Source of the DNA: Octopus vulgaris
Lineage: Eukaryota
Direction of reading: 5' to 3'
DNA: 64,000 bases
Assembly: GCA_951406725.2 (NCBI GenBank)
Contig: OX597827.1
Location: 59,024,001-59,088,000 of the forward strand
Shown: positions 25,564 through 37,533 of the stretch, piece after piece
Numbering within the stretch: the first letter of the stretch is position 1
Layout of the letters: each line of letters starts with the position of its first letter
Translations under genes and position numbers: made by a program
Notes under the pieces: generated by a model
The model's database searches: none
Seen by the model: only the letters and a program-made list of their open reading frames with translations
Told to the model about the DNA's origin: nothing

Positions 25564-25919
25564 GTTGGAAGTGCTTTATCATTAATTTTTTCTCTGAATT
25601 ACATCTCTACAATTTTCGAATGTCCTGCATTTTCTTGACTTCGAAGGTCCTGCATTCTCTTGACTTGACATATTACACAGAGCTGATACTAAAGGGAAAA
25701 AGTCAAAAAGTGTAAGCAGATCAACAATTTCATATTAGAAAATTAGTGTTTCGGATCTTTTCAGTTTGGCTGCCAATCTACGAAAATTTAAAGTTTATTG
25801 AAAACTTTTAATTTGGTACATTAATGTAGTTTTCCAAGCTGAATTTCTGGAGATATTTCACTTTTTCCAGCCCCAGACAGACTGATGTCCTGTAAGTGAA
25901 TTTGATTGGCGAAACTGGT

Positions 25920-26410
25920 GTAGAAGCTCATCATATGTATAGACGACCATCAAATCTCAAAAGTTTCTTTATAAAGACGAAATTCAGATCGGTGGAAGAA
26001 ATAATGCAGTTAACAAACCGCTGAGATCCTCATTGTGGGATGTGTGAAATAATTGAACACGAGACAACCAAAAGTTTCCAGAATGGGAAGGAATAGACGG
26101 TTAATTCAAGTAAGAATTGCAAAACAAAAAATCGTTTTTACTGCATCGCATGCTCACAGTGAGGATAATATCGGCCAAACAGGATCAGCCTTAATACATT
26201 GCATGCATTAAAGTATATAAACAAAACAAAATAAGCCAAAAATCTTTCTCTTAGAAATGTTACGTGTTGTAAACATCTAAACATTTGCACAAGTGGAAAA
26301 TTGAAAATATTTCCTTTTTTCAAAATAAAGGAAGAAAATGTTCAACTTCGAAAGGCATAAGAAAACTTTATAAAAATTCTCAGCCAAAAGTTAAAATAGA
26401 AATAGTCAAC
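25920..26410 (+). pseudogene. PLE GIY-YIG endonuclease remnant (Neptune-like)
   Basis: Manual translation: PSNLKSFF, DPHCGMCE, NCKTKNRFYCIACSQ, IGQTG, KHLNIC...KIFPFFKI; many stops. Confidence 0.7.
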
Positions 26411-26729
26411 ATCACTACTTAAAACAACTTTCCGTCTACCAAATCCACTCACAAGGTCGACCCGAGGCTATAGTAGAAAACATTTATCCAAGGTGCCACG
26501 CAGTGGAGCTGAAGGCAGAACCATGTGGCTGTGAAACAAGCTTCTTCTCACACAGCCACACCAGCGCCTGTGTTTTTCGAACTTATGTTTAAAAAATGTC
26601 AGAAAGAAAGCGCTGACACACAATATATGAAAACTTCCTTCCGAAACGTTTGACTCATTCTAGTTTTCTTAGATTTTTCTATAGTTAAAGACTTTTTATG
26701 TAAGAAAAATCTTACTTCAAATATTCGCG

Positions 26730-26791
<62 letters not shown>

Positions 26792-26967
26792 TGTGTCTGT
26801 GTCTGTGTGTATGTGTGTTTGTGTTTTGCTCCACTACTGCTTGACAACAAGGGATTGGTTTGTTTAGGTCCATGTAAAAGTGATCGATAAAATAAGTACT
26901 GAGATCGATTTGCTTAACTGCATTCTTGAAGGCAGTGCTCCAATATGACTAATAACTGAAACTATTA

Positions 26968-27533
26968 TTGAGTTGTCCGGAAAGTTCGTGCCGATTTATA
27001 GTAGCTTACCTTTCGACTTATTTTAGAACATGGTTGAGTCCATAAAATAGGATTTGACTACACCTCCATTTAGAGCACAGTTTAAGCTATCTTTTCGTGA
27101 AAGAAGGTTTATGTTCCTATAACCTGTTTTAATTCTGTAACCCTTTAAAATGGAAGATAAGAAAGTTCATTTTCGGCACTTGATGCTTTGGGAACCAGAC
27201 AAAAATTGCTGCAGCTCGACTGGGATGTGTTACCTCACCCTCCATATTCACCAGATATTGCTCCTTCGGATTTCCACTTCTTCAGATCTCTGTAGAATAG
27301 TCTTAATGATAAAAATTCCAATTCCTTGGATGACATAAAAAGATACCTTGATGAACTCTTTGCCATGAAACCATCTCAATTCTGGGAAGAGGGTATTTTC
27401 AAGTTAAAGGAAAGATGGAGACGCATTGTGCAACAAAATGATTCATATTTGGTTGATTAAAAATGTAATGGCAAGTATTTATTGATCCTTTTCTTTCCTT
27501 TAAAAATCGGCACGAACTTTCCGGACAACCCAA
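26968..27533 (+). mobile_element. Internally deleted mariner transposon
   Basis: TIRs ttg(a/g)gttgtccggaaagttcgtgccgattt with TA flanks; MEDKKVHFRHLMLWE fused to WDVLPHPPYSPDIAPSDFHFFRSL...GIFKLKERWRRIVQQNDSY. Confidence 0.95.
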
Positions 27534-28229
27534 TAATAGTAGGGAAAAATTAAAACAAAAAGCAAGACCAGTAAATGAATCATGAAAACAGAGGCTCTCA
27601 TGCATTCCCTCAATTGGACATTACGCCAGAGGAAACTACTACAACCCTCTAAAACTTTTCGAGACACCTCAAAAGAACCAGAACGTTACCGTGTGGGTAA
27701 TTATAAAGCCGAGACATTGGAACAGCCAAGCACCCTACCCAGTATTTATCTGATAGGTCAGTGAGAAGAGACACTAAATGTTCTATGTCAACGGTCTACC
27801 AAACTACAAAACCGTCAAAGCCAAAGGCTGAAAATTGTAATTAACTGACATTGTAAACTACAATAGTAAATTATATATGAAAGCGGGGCGGAGTCCAGAT
27901 ATCAATTGTTTCATTTATCATAAACTTCCAAAGAACTACTTTACTTAACATCTCCCGAGAGAGAGGTTATTGTCCTCTGATATTAATTACAAGATGTATA
28001 CTAGGATTCGGGGTCGATAAATAAAGTACCAATTGCGTACTGGGGCCGATCTAATCGACTGCTCCCCTCCCTCAAAATTTCGGGTCTTGTGCCTTGAGTA
28101 GAAAAGAATAGTGTGACTCCGCTATTAAACACCCGATTGTCTTTTTTATGTATTAAGCTACGGCATATGTTGTGGTTACAGTTGTTAGTGATTGTTGCTG
28201 CTGTTGTTGTTGTAGTATAGTTTTTAGTT

Positions 28230-28407
28230 TTTACTTGTTTCAGTCATTGTGGACTGCGACCATGCTGTACCTTTCTACCTCTGTACCTTTCATTTTTTTT
28301 TTCTTTTAGTCTGGTACTTATTCGATCGGACCCTTTTGCCGAACCGCTTTTTTGGATACAAAAAGAAACCAACACCTGTTCTCAAGCGGCAAGGGATCAA
28401 ACACAAA

Positions 28408-28446
<39 letters not shown>

Positions 28447-28610
28447 GCATGTGTGTGTGCACGACGGATTTCCACGCAGTTTCTGTTTACTAATTTCACT
28501 CAAAAGGCATTGATCTGACCGGGGCTATAGCAGAAGACACTTGCTCAAGGTGCCGTATGATAGGACTGAACCCGAGCTTCAAAACAAGAACTAGACACCC
28601 ACGCCTTAAA
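28230..28610 (-). mobile_element. SINE family A, degenerate
   Basis: ttttacttgtttcagtcatt ... gctatagcagaagacacttgc. Confidence 0.75.
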
Positions 28611-29084
28611 TAATTTTTTTCTTTTTCGTTTAATCTATAGTTCATTCATTGCTTCTGATCCTTTACAGGGTCTCTGGGATTGGTGATAAGGAGGGAATTA
28701 TCCTTAAAGCAGAAACCTGGCCTCGACGTTTGCAGCAGAGTGGATTTTGTTGAAGAAATCCAAGCTATCAGGAGGTGGTGTTAATCCGGATGTCGTATTA
28801 TGTATACCACGCAAGTAAACTATGTCAGGATTTCAACTCAGAACTCAAAGAGCCAGAACGAATACCGCGAGGCAATCTATCCGATATTCTTCCTGTTCCG
28901 CCAACCCAACTCTCTGGATAGGCACCTTTTGCTTATTGACCCCGAAGAAGATGAAAACGAAGCTGACCTCGGTCGGATTTGAACTCAGATTGCGGAAAGT
29001 CGGAACAAACATCGCGAGACATTCAAAGTAGCGATCAAACGACTCTGCCAATACGCACCACCTTAGACGAACAAACCTGATCAT

Positions 29085-29482
29085 AGGCGCAGGAGTGGCT
29101 GTGTAGTAATTAGCTTGCTTACCAACCACATGGTTCCGGGTTCAGTCCCACTGCGTGGCACCTTGGGCAAGTGTCTTCTGCTATAGCCTCGGGCCGACCA
29201 AAGCCTTGTGAGTGGATTTGGTAGACGGAAACTGAAAGAAGCCCGTCGTATATATGTATATATATATGTATGTGTGTGCATATGTTTGCCCCCCCCCAAC
29301 ATCTCTTGACAACCGATGCTGGTGTGTTTACGTCCCCGTAATTTAGCGGTTCGGCAACAGAGACCGATAGAATAAGTACTAGGCTTACAAAGAATAAGTC
29401 CTGGGGTCGATATGCTCGGCTAAAAGGCGGTGCTCCAGCATGGCCACAGTGAAATGACTGAAACAAGTAAAAGAGTAAAGAG
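29085..29482 (+). mobile_element. SINE family A, full-length young copy (used here as reference)
   Basis: Head ggcgcaggagtggctgtgt.gtaa, B-box-like gggttcagtccc, ccttgggcaag core, tail ggcggtgctccagcatggccacag..actgaaacaagtaaaagag; more than 15 full or partial copies in the window. Confidence 0.92.
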
Positions 29483-29756
29483 TATCGGTATTTAAAACGG
29501 TTAGCATCTTATCACTTTAGGGATATCATCGATTACACTACATAATGTAGCCCTGTCATTATTTTCTTAAAGACCATAAAGTGTGATTTGAGGGAGATTT
29601 GGCTGTTATTTTCTGTAGCTTGAGTTACCGCGCAGAGATTCCACTCGGCTTCTGGTCCATAGTGCATTTACGTGGGGCATTGAGAAAAGTCGATTCTTGA
29701 CAGCCTGAAACGAATCCATGCTTAATTGCGGTCGACTTCATCTTTCAGAGGCCACT

Positions 29757-29819
<63 letters not shown>

Positions 29820-30677
29820 AAAATAACGAGCGGTTTAGAGTCGGGTCTGTGTTCTCGAACATTTTTATGACAATCAATTAAGTGGTCTCCTGTTACGCGG
29901 TCCAAAATGTGTATAAGTCTATATAGGAATACATCATCTATTGTGTTATACCCTTATTAAAAATTGTAGGTGTACAATTTCAGGGTGATTTTGCTACTAT
30001 TTTACCAGGTCAGGCACATTGGGTTGAAAGAAAGTATCTATTAATTTTGATCAAGGCTAGCTAAATATACGTTTACTCTTTCACTCTTTTACTTGTTTCA
30101 GTCATTTGACTGTGGCCGTGCTGGTGCACCTCCTTTAGTCAAGCAAATCGACCCCAGGACTTATTCTTTATAAGCCTAGAACTTATTCTATTGGTTTCTT
30201 TTGACGAACCACTAAGTTACGGGTACGTAAACACACCAGCAATGTCAAGCGATGCTGGGGGGAGGGGGGGCAACATCAGTTTGTTTATTAAAGTTTTTTT
30301 TTAAAATTTCTGCTTGTGTTCGTATAAGAAATTGTTCTTATGGACCTTAAGAGTAATATAGGTTGTCGTATCAGACACAATCATTACCCGCACACGTGTA
30401 TCGCATGATAACTTACTTTCGCTATTTTTTTAAGTGCTTGTGTACTTGCGAGTAAATATAGACACTCTCTCGTTTCTCTCACTCTTCACCCACCAGAGCA
30501 TTGAAGATGTGATAGCTGAAGTAGAGAGAGCTGCACGAGCATGAGACTGGTTCTTACTTTTCAGCTGAAAATTATCAATGTGAAATAATCTACCCTGCTC
30601 AAGGTCATCACAGCTTCCCGATTCAGGAATTGAACCCATGACCATGTGATCTTGAACTCAACATTTTAACCACTATG

Positions 30678-30731
<54 letters not shown>

Positions 30732-30799
30732 GAAATATTATTCCAAACTTATAGGGAAAAATTCAATTTAGTAATACTAAATCAAATTTCACAATGTAT

Positions 30800-31493
30800 A
30801 TGTATATAAATTAGAGAAGAACCACCTTTTATCAATTCGACAATGAAATAACAATGATATAATTAAATTATACCATACTAGCAGTATCGCCCGGCGTTGC
30901 TCGGGTTTGTAAGGGAAATAACTATATAAGCATTTTTAGAGATGTAAAGTATAATAGCCATCTCAATATGACTAACCACAAAGGGAGTGTTACTGTAGCT
31001 TTTTACGTTCTGAGATTTAATAATAAATTTTAGAGAGTTACTTCCCTTATATAATAACAAAAAATGCATTAAAAATGGGGAAAAATGATGGTAAATTTTT
31101 TTTAAAATCGTAGACTCATCGTAGACGCGCGCTAATACCCAGAAGGGCTCGATATGAATTACGACTATAAGATACCCGGTTTTGGTTAAACTGCACCGCA
31201 AAATGTGGGAGTAGTTAGGAATCTAAATCGTAGGAGACAGACACACAACTTCACTTTTATATATAAAGATATAGAAAAAAATTAAATATACAATAAAGCA
31301 TATACCAATAATTAAGTAAAGTATATAATAATGAATAGTCATTTTACCAATTATATACATTTTATTTATTATTATGTACTTTACTTAATTATTGGTATAT
31401 GTTTTATTGTATATTTAATTTTTTTCTGTATGGTATAATTTAATTATATCATTATTTCATTGTTGAATTGATAAAAGGTGGTTCTTCTCTCTT

Positions 31494-31495
<2 letters not shown>
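30800..31495. repeat. AT-rich fold-back inverted repeat whose left arm is split by a Helitron
   Basis: agagaagaaccaccttttatcaattc.acaatgaaataa..(30813-30878) plus 31270-31335 pair with 31365-31490. Confidence 0.85.
30878..31269 (-). mobile_element. Non-autonomous Helitron (longer variant)
   Basis: Same TC...hairpin-CTAG termini as the 10357 and 19180 copies, plus an internal insert of about 90 bp. Confidence 0.85.
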
Positions 31496-31559
<64 letters not shown>

Positions 31560-31656
31560 CGGGAAGCTTTATGAAAATAAACAAAAGACGAAGGCAGGTG
31601 GAAAACAAACGAACAATTGTATTAGTATGGCGCTCAGGAAATATAAATAAAACAAG

Positions 31657-31694
31657 TCTTTAACGTTTCGAGCCTACGCTCTTCAACAGAAAGA
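31657..31694 (-). ncRNA. Minimal hammerhead-like motif in the PLE 3' repeat (variant core)
   Basis: UCUUU CUGUUGA A GAGC-GUAG-GCUC GAAAC GUU AAAGA, on the element sense strand. Confidence 0.6.
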
Positions 31695-32535
31695 TACACA
31701 GAGAGAAAAAAAACACAGAAAGAAGGAGAGAAAAAAAATGCGTGCAGTAGCTAACGAATCAACATGGCGATCTGATTTCGGCCAGAGGTCAAAGATCAAA
31801 CATGAGACGCGAGAGCGAAATAAGGGGAGATAATAGGGTTGATAATAGGGTTGAGGGACCAGCTAATAGTGCGTAGGAGGGGTCTGGATGTGTGTATGTA
31901 TAGGGTTGGTGTATGTATTAGTATGTATAAGGGTGTGTGTGTGTGTGTGTGTGTGTATGAGAGAGTATTAGTGCGTAGGATTGGTCTGGACGTGCGTATG
32001 TATGGGGTTGGTGTATGTATTAGTATGTATTAGTATGTATTAGTATGTATTAGTACGTATTAGTATGTATAAGTGTGTGTGTGTGTGTATGAGAGAGTAT
32101 AAGTGCGTATGCGGGGTCTGGACGTGTGTATGTATAGGGTTGGTGTATGTATTAGTATGTACTAGTATGTATTAGTACGTATTAGTATGTATTAGTTGGT
32201 GTATGTATTAGTATGGCACATCATATGTGATGTGATGTGTAAAGTCATGTGGTGTAGTGAGGAGAAGAGGGGGAGGGGGGAGAAGTGGAGGGGAAGAAGA
32301 GGGGGAGGAGAGGGGGGAAGAGGAGAGGAGGGGGGGAGAAGGAAGGGGAGGGGGGAGGAAGGAGGAAAGAGGGAGAGGGGGAGAGAGAAGGGGAGAGAGG
32401 GAGTGAGGGAGCAGAGGGAAGGGGAAGAGGGAGGGAGAAAGAGGGAAGAAGGGAAGGGGAGTAGGGGTGAAAGGATGAAGGACTGAAGAAGTAGGGATCG
32501 GGGGAAAGGATAGGTGAGGAGGGGGGAGAGGAGGG

Positions 32536-35440
32536 TTAGATGAGGAGGGGGGAGAGTTGAGACCAAATGGCGTATAAGAGCGAAGAGAGAAGATTAATTC
32601 TTGTTCACGGCGCAAACGGGAATCCGGATGGCCTCTGTGTAAGGACAAACCGAACACAGATAGGTGTTGCAAGGAGTGACCGGTGGAGCGGAAATGGCGT
32701 GAGACCGGTGTGTCGTTCGCAAGGTGGATGTCACGAAGGTGTTCCGCGAACCGGTCAGCCAAGCGGCGTCCCGTTTGTCCGATGTACAAGGAATTGCAGA
32801 GAGAGCAAGAGATGCAATAGATAATATTGCTGGAGGTGCAGGTGAAGGAGTGGATGATGGGATAGGGTCGATGGTGGGTGCTAGTGAGGCGGGTGGTGTT
32901 GGAGAGGTAAGGGCAAGTGCGGCAACGTGGGCGGGAGCAGGGGAACGAGCCGGGTTGGGAGGTAGGGTCAGGGAAGGAGCTATGGACCAAAAGGTCTCGA
33001 AGGTTGTGGGCTCGTTTGAAAGAGGGGAGGGGTCGGTTAGGGAAGAGGTGTGAAGTGGACGGGTCGGACTGGAGATGACGGAAAGCTCGAAGAATGGTGC
33101 GTTGGAGACGTAGGGTCGTGGGGTGGTAAGTGAGGGGAAAAGGGAGGCGGGAGACTACAGGGCGGGTTCGGGGAGAGAGAGCAGATACACGGTCCACGGA
33201 CCGTGCTCTGGCAAGGGCGGTGTGGATAGTGGTGAGGGGGTATCCACGTAGGGTGAAGTGGTGAGCCATACGTTGAGACTGAGTCTCAAAGTCATGGTCG
33301 TCACTACAGAGCCTACGTAGACGGAGGAATTGGGAATAGGGGATGGAAAGCTTGGTGTGTTCTGGGTGGGAGGAAGAGAAGTTGAGGTATGAGTGTGAGT
33401 CTGTGTGTTTGTAGTGAATGGAGGTGGTAAGAGTGGAGTGAAGAATGCTAACCGAAATGTCGAGGAAGGAGACAGAGGTGTTGGAGATAGTGGAAGTGAA
33501 GTGGAGGGCTGGATGGAAAGATTGGACGAAAGAGAGGAAGGAATCTAGATGTTCGCGGGAGAGTGAGGTGGCACCGATAATATCGTCAATGTAACGACCA
33601 TATAGTTCAGGAGTGGGACCAGTGAAATTAGAGAATATTTGGGCCTCAACATAGCCAACGAACAGGTTCGCATAGTTGGGGCCCATTCGCGTTCCCATGG
33701 CCACTCCCGAGATCTGATGGTAGAACTCGCCCGCGAACGAGAAGCAGTTCAGAGTAAGGACAAGTTCGGCCAGACGAATGAGTGTGGAGGTGTCAGGTAC
33801 AGGGTTAGAGCGGAGGTCAAGAAAGTGTCGAAGGGCCTGCAGTCCTTCGTGGTGAGGGATAACAGTATAGAGGCTTTGGATGTCCATAGTAAAAAGGATT
33901 TGGGAGGAGCCGGGAGGAAAGGAGAAAGAGTTGAAAAGCCGGAGAGCATGGTTGGTATCGTGGATGTGGGAGGGAAGAGATGCCACTAGGGGGGCAAGGA
34001 CACGGTCGAGGTATTTAGAGATGAGCTCCGTGGGGCAGTTACAGGCGGAGACGATGGGGCGGCCAGGGTTGTTGGGTTTGTGGATTTTGGGGAGGAAGTA
34101 AATGGTGGGGGTACGTGGGGTTCGCACAATTAGGTTGGATGCGGTGCGGGGGAGACGGGAGGACGAGATGAGGTCTTGGACAGTAGAGGATACCGTCTGT
34201 TGGTAGCTACGTGTGGGGTTAGAGGGCAGAGGGGAATAGAAGGAGGTGTCATTGAGTTGGCGGAAAGCCTCGGCCCTATAGAGGTCCGCGCGCCACACCA
34301 CTACAGCTCCACCCTTGTCAGCCGGTTTGATGATAATGTCAGCGCGCCGTTGGAGGGAACGAAGAGCCAAGAGCTCAGCCGGGGAGATGTTGAGGCGGCA
34401 TTGGCGCCTGGAGAAGTTGAACCGCTCCAATGCACGCTGACAAGCGCCCGCGAAAAGATCCACTGCTAGGATCTGGCCAGGGGCAGGCGTCCACGGGGAT
34501 GGTCGGCGGCCCAGGCCAGTGAAGCAGTCCTCTTCGTTGGGTGTGGGTGGCGAGTCGTGGTAATGCGCACCCAACCGGACACGGCGCACAAAGCTGTGGA
34601 CATCAACTCGCGTCTGGAATTCCTTACAGGATGGAGTGAGGGGGATGAAACGCAGACCCCTACCAAGGACGGAGCGTTCAGCCGCAGAGAGGGGAAGATC
34701 GGGGGGAATGGTAACAACAGACGGAAGTGGAGAAGGGGTGGGTGGAATAGAAGTAGGAGGGGTGGTAGGTCTCGTGGAGGTCTGAGGGGGAGGGATTGGG
34801 GAGGTGTGTGGGGGTGGTTGGGCGGGGCAGTAGGGTTTGGTGTAGGTGGATGGAGCCTAACGGGAGGGGAGATGGGGTTGTAGGGAGGGGCAGTGGGGTT
34901 AGGTGTGGGTGGATGGAGCCTATCGGGAGGGGAGAAGGGTGGTGGAGGAGTTGGGGTAGTGGCGTCGGGTAGGGTGGAATGGAAGAGTGATTGGAGTTTA
35001 CGAAGTTTGGTATCAGAAAGAAATTGATGGAAGAGTTGATTCAAATGGATAATGAAGCGTAGCGTGTTTGGAGCATAGAGAGGCGGCAGAGAGGAGAAGA
35101 AGGTGGAGAAAGTAGGAGGAAGAAGGCGGTTGATGGCATGTAGTTTGGAGAGATTGGAGCGAATGGTGGCCCGCATAAGGCGGTAAGATGTGGTGCGGAG
35201 TATGGGTAAGATGGAAGAATCCGAGTGGAGAGCAGGGTGGAAGTGGAGGCGGAAACCTTTAGGGATGAGTCGGTGATGTAGGCAGCGGCTTAGGAAAGAG
35301 ACATGGCTAGAGAAGCGGGTTTTTTTAAAAAGAAGTAGAGAGAGATTAACGGACGGCTGAAGGCAATATACAGGAAGCGAACGGAGATGATCCTTCAAAC
35401 GGTGATGGAGGGTGAGGAGGTAGGACCTAGGATCCGGCAT
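32536..35440 (-). CDS. PLE polyprotein: N-terminal domain, Pro-rich linker, reverse transcriptase, Cys-rich linker, GIY-YIG endonuclease (about 968 aa once two 1-nt indels are repaired)
   Basis: HVSFLSRCLHHRLIPKGFRL; LSAAERSVLGRGLRFIP; IIKPADKGGAVVV; YFLPKIHK..PGRPIVS; MDIQSLYT; GVAMGTRMGPNYANLFVG; RYIDD; SFLD; CSRPRCRTC; NIIYCISCSLCNSLYIGQTGRRLADRFAEH; EQELI..L...P.GLN. Confidence 0.9.
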
Positions 35441-35885
35441 GATGGGATAGCGGAAAAAAAACGTTCGAAAAAACAAAAAAAACAAAAAACAAAAATTATC
35501 GTATGAAAAAAATAGAAAAAAAGGATAGCGAAAAAAGGGAAAAAAACAAACGTTCAAAAAAACAAAAAAATAATAATCGTATGAAAAAACTAGATAAGTA
35601 AGCGATAGGGGCAGAAAAGACGGGGCAAACGGAAAAGGGAAAGAAAGAAGGGAAGCAGAGAGAGGGGGAGGCAAAAAAAGGGGGTGCAGGCAGAGGAAAC
35701 GGAGTATGGACATCCAGACAGGGAAGAAAGACGGAAAGGAGAACAAATATGCAGGAAAATGTGGAAAGCATGAAATGAATGTAAAAAAAGTGGTAATATA
35801 AGAGAAAATAAAAATACAACAAACGGGACAGTTTATGCGAACAAGTTCAAGGTTGAAAGTTCAAGGTGAGAAATATATATATATG

Positions 35886-35962
<77 letters not shown>

Positions 35963-36190
35963 TATATATGATAATTTATTTTTAGATTTGAAAATGCACC
36001 TTGATCTGAAAAACGCGTAGTTGTTTTTAAAAAGATTTATTCACATACCAAACTAATTTCGACAAATTTTTGCTTACCAACGGTACAAATATATATTGAA
36101 AAAAGAAAATGTAAATATTAGACAAACATGTTTAAACCATCAAATGTTCAATTCTCCTTTATTTTTTCCTGTGTGAAAATACACATCTTT

Positions 36191-36274
<84 letters not shown>

Positions 36275-36451
36275 ATTTATATATGAGGATAATATCGATA
36301 TTTAAGTGTCGAAATTATCAAGTGGCCAGCATGAAAGAAATACCTTACAAAGGTAAAAAAATTTTTAACAATTAAAAATGAGGGTGTCTCACCCTCATTT
36401 TTAATTGTTATATATATATATATATATATACATAAAAACCAAAATAGTGAA

Positions 36452-36590
36452 ATAGTGCGTGTGCTTATTTGGCAAATATATATATATATATTTGCCAAAT
36501 AAGCACACGCACTATGTATTTTTTTCTTCACTCGTTTATTACTCTTCATATTTTATTATTTTACTCATGTCCATTGTCTGCATATCTTTC

Positions 36591-36653
<63 letters not shown>

Positions 36654-36860
36654 GTATGTATGTATGTATGTATGTATGTATGTATGTATGTATGTATGTA
36701 TGTATGTATGTATGTCAGCGACACTTTTCATTTTCGTGTGTGTTCTTCCTCCACTTTCTCCATTCGTCACAGATGTGGACGAAAGATATGCAGACAATGG
36801 ACATGAGTAAAATAATAAAATATGAACAGTAATAAACGAGTGAAGAAAAAAATACATATT
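36452..36860. repeat. Nested inverted repeats among (TA)n/(TATG)n tracts
   Basis: atagtgcgtgtgcttatttggcaaa-(TA)n-tttgccaaataagcacacgcactat (36452-36515); 36517-36592 pairs with 36779-36856. Confidence 0.9.
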
Positions 36861-36897
36861 TTTTCCTGTGTGAAAATACACATCTTTCCATATATAT

Positions 36898-36994
<97 letters not shown>

Positions 36995-37087
36995 TGTATG
37001 TATGTAGTTCGCTTCAAGTTCATTTCTTTTGTAGTATAAAATTAGGAAAATATAGAAAGCATCTAAAAACGTAAAGCGTTTTACAAA

Positions 37088-37126
37088 GCCTTTACATTTC
37101 AGGCGCAGAGGTCCATCCTCAGAAGG
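37088..37126 (-). ncRNA. Degenerate minimal hammerhead motif
   Basis: CCUU CUGAGGA UGGACCUCUGCGCCU GAAAU GUA AAGG. Confidence 0.5.
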
Positions 37127-37197
37127 AAGCACCTGAAATATAAAGGTTTTGCAAATCTTACGCAATTTTAGCTTTCTATATTTTCTTTTCTTTTTCT

Positions 37198-37345
<148 letters not shown>

Positions 37346-37372
37346 GGAGTTAAACGTAGGTGTTATTCAAAT

Positions 37373-37473
37373 TCTTTTACTTCCGACACATGTTTCGAAG
37401 ATATCACTGGTATTATTCCAAAGGAATAAAATGATGTAAAACAATGTAATCTTCTCTTCAGGGAAGTGAAGAG
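37373..37473 (-). ncRNA. Type I hammerhead ribozyme with canonical core
   Basis: ACUUCC CUGAAGA GAAGAU-(46 nt)-AUCUUC GAAAC AUGU GUC GGAAGU; all core nucleotides and three stems present. Confidence 0.8.
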
Positions 37474-37533
37474 ATGTTAACAAGGGAAAAATACACACAT
37501 CTATATATATATCTTCATATATATACAGAGACT

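Larger units (their letters stand above)
31558..35872 (-). mobile_element. Near full-length Penelope-like retroelement (Neptune-type) inserted in (TA)n
   Basis: Flanked by (TA)n at 31497-31557 and from 35873; 5' UTR, RT-GIY-YIG ORF, repeat-rich 3' UTR and 3' pseudo-LTR with a hammerhead motif. Confidence 0.95.

Noticed and set aside
32208-32535. Pro/Ser/Leu-rich C-terminal tail of the 793-aa ORF
   Set aside because: Read-through into the pyrimidine-rich 3' UTR; the paralog at about 16240 stops just after LN
35441-35746. Hydrophobic N-terminal extension of the 426-aa ORF
   Set aside because: Phe-rich translation of a T-rich duplicated 5' UTR from a non-ATG start; ATG 35440 is the more plausible start
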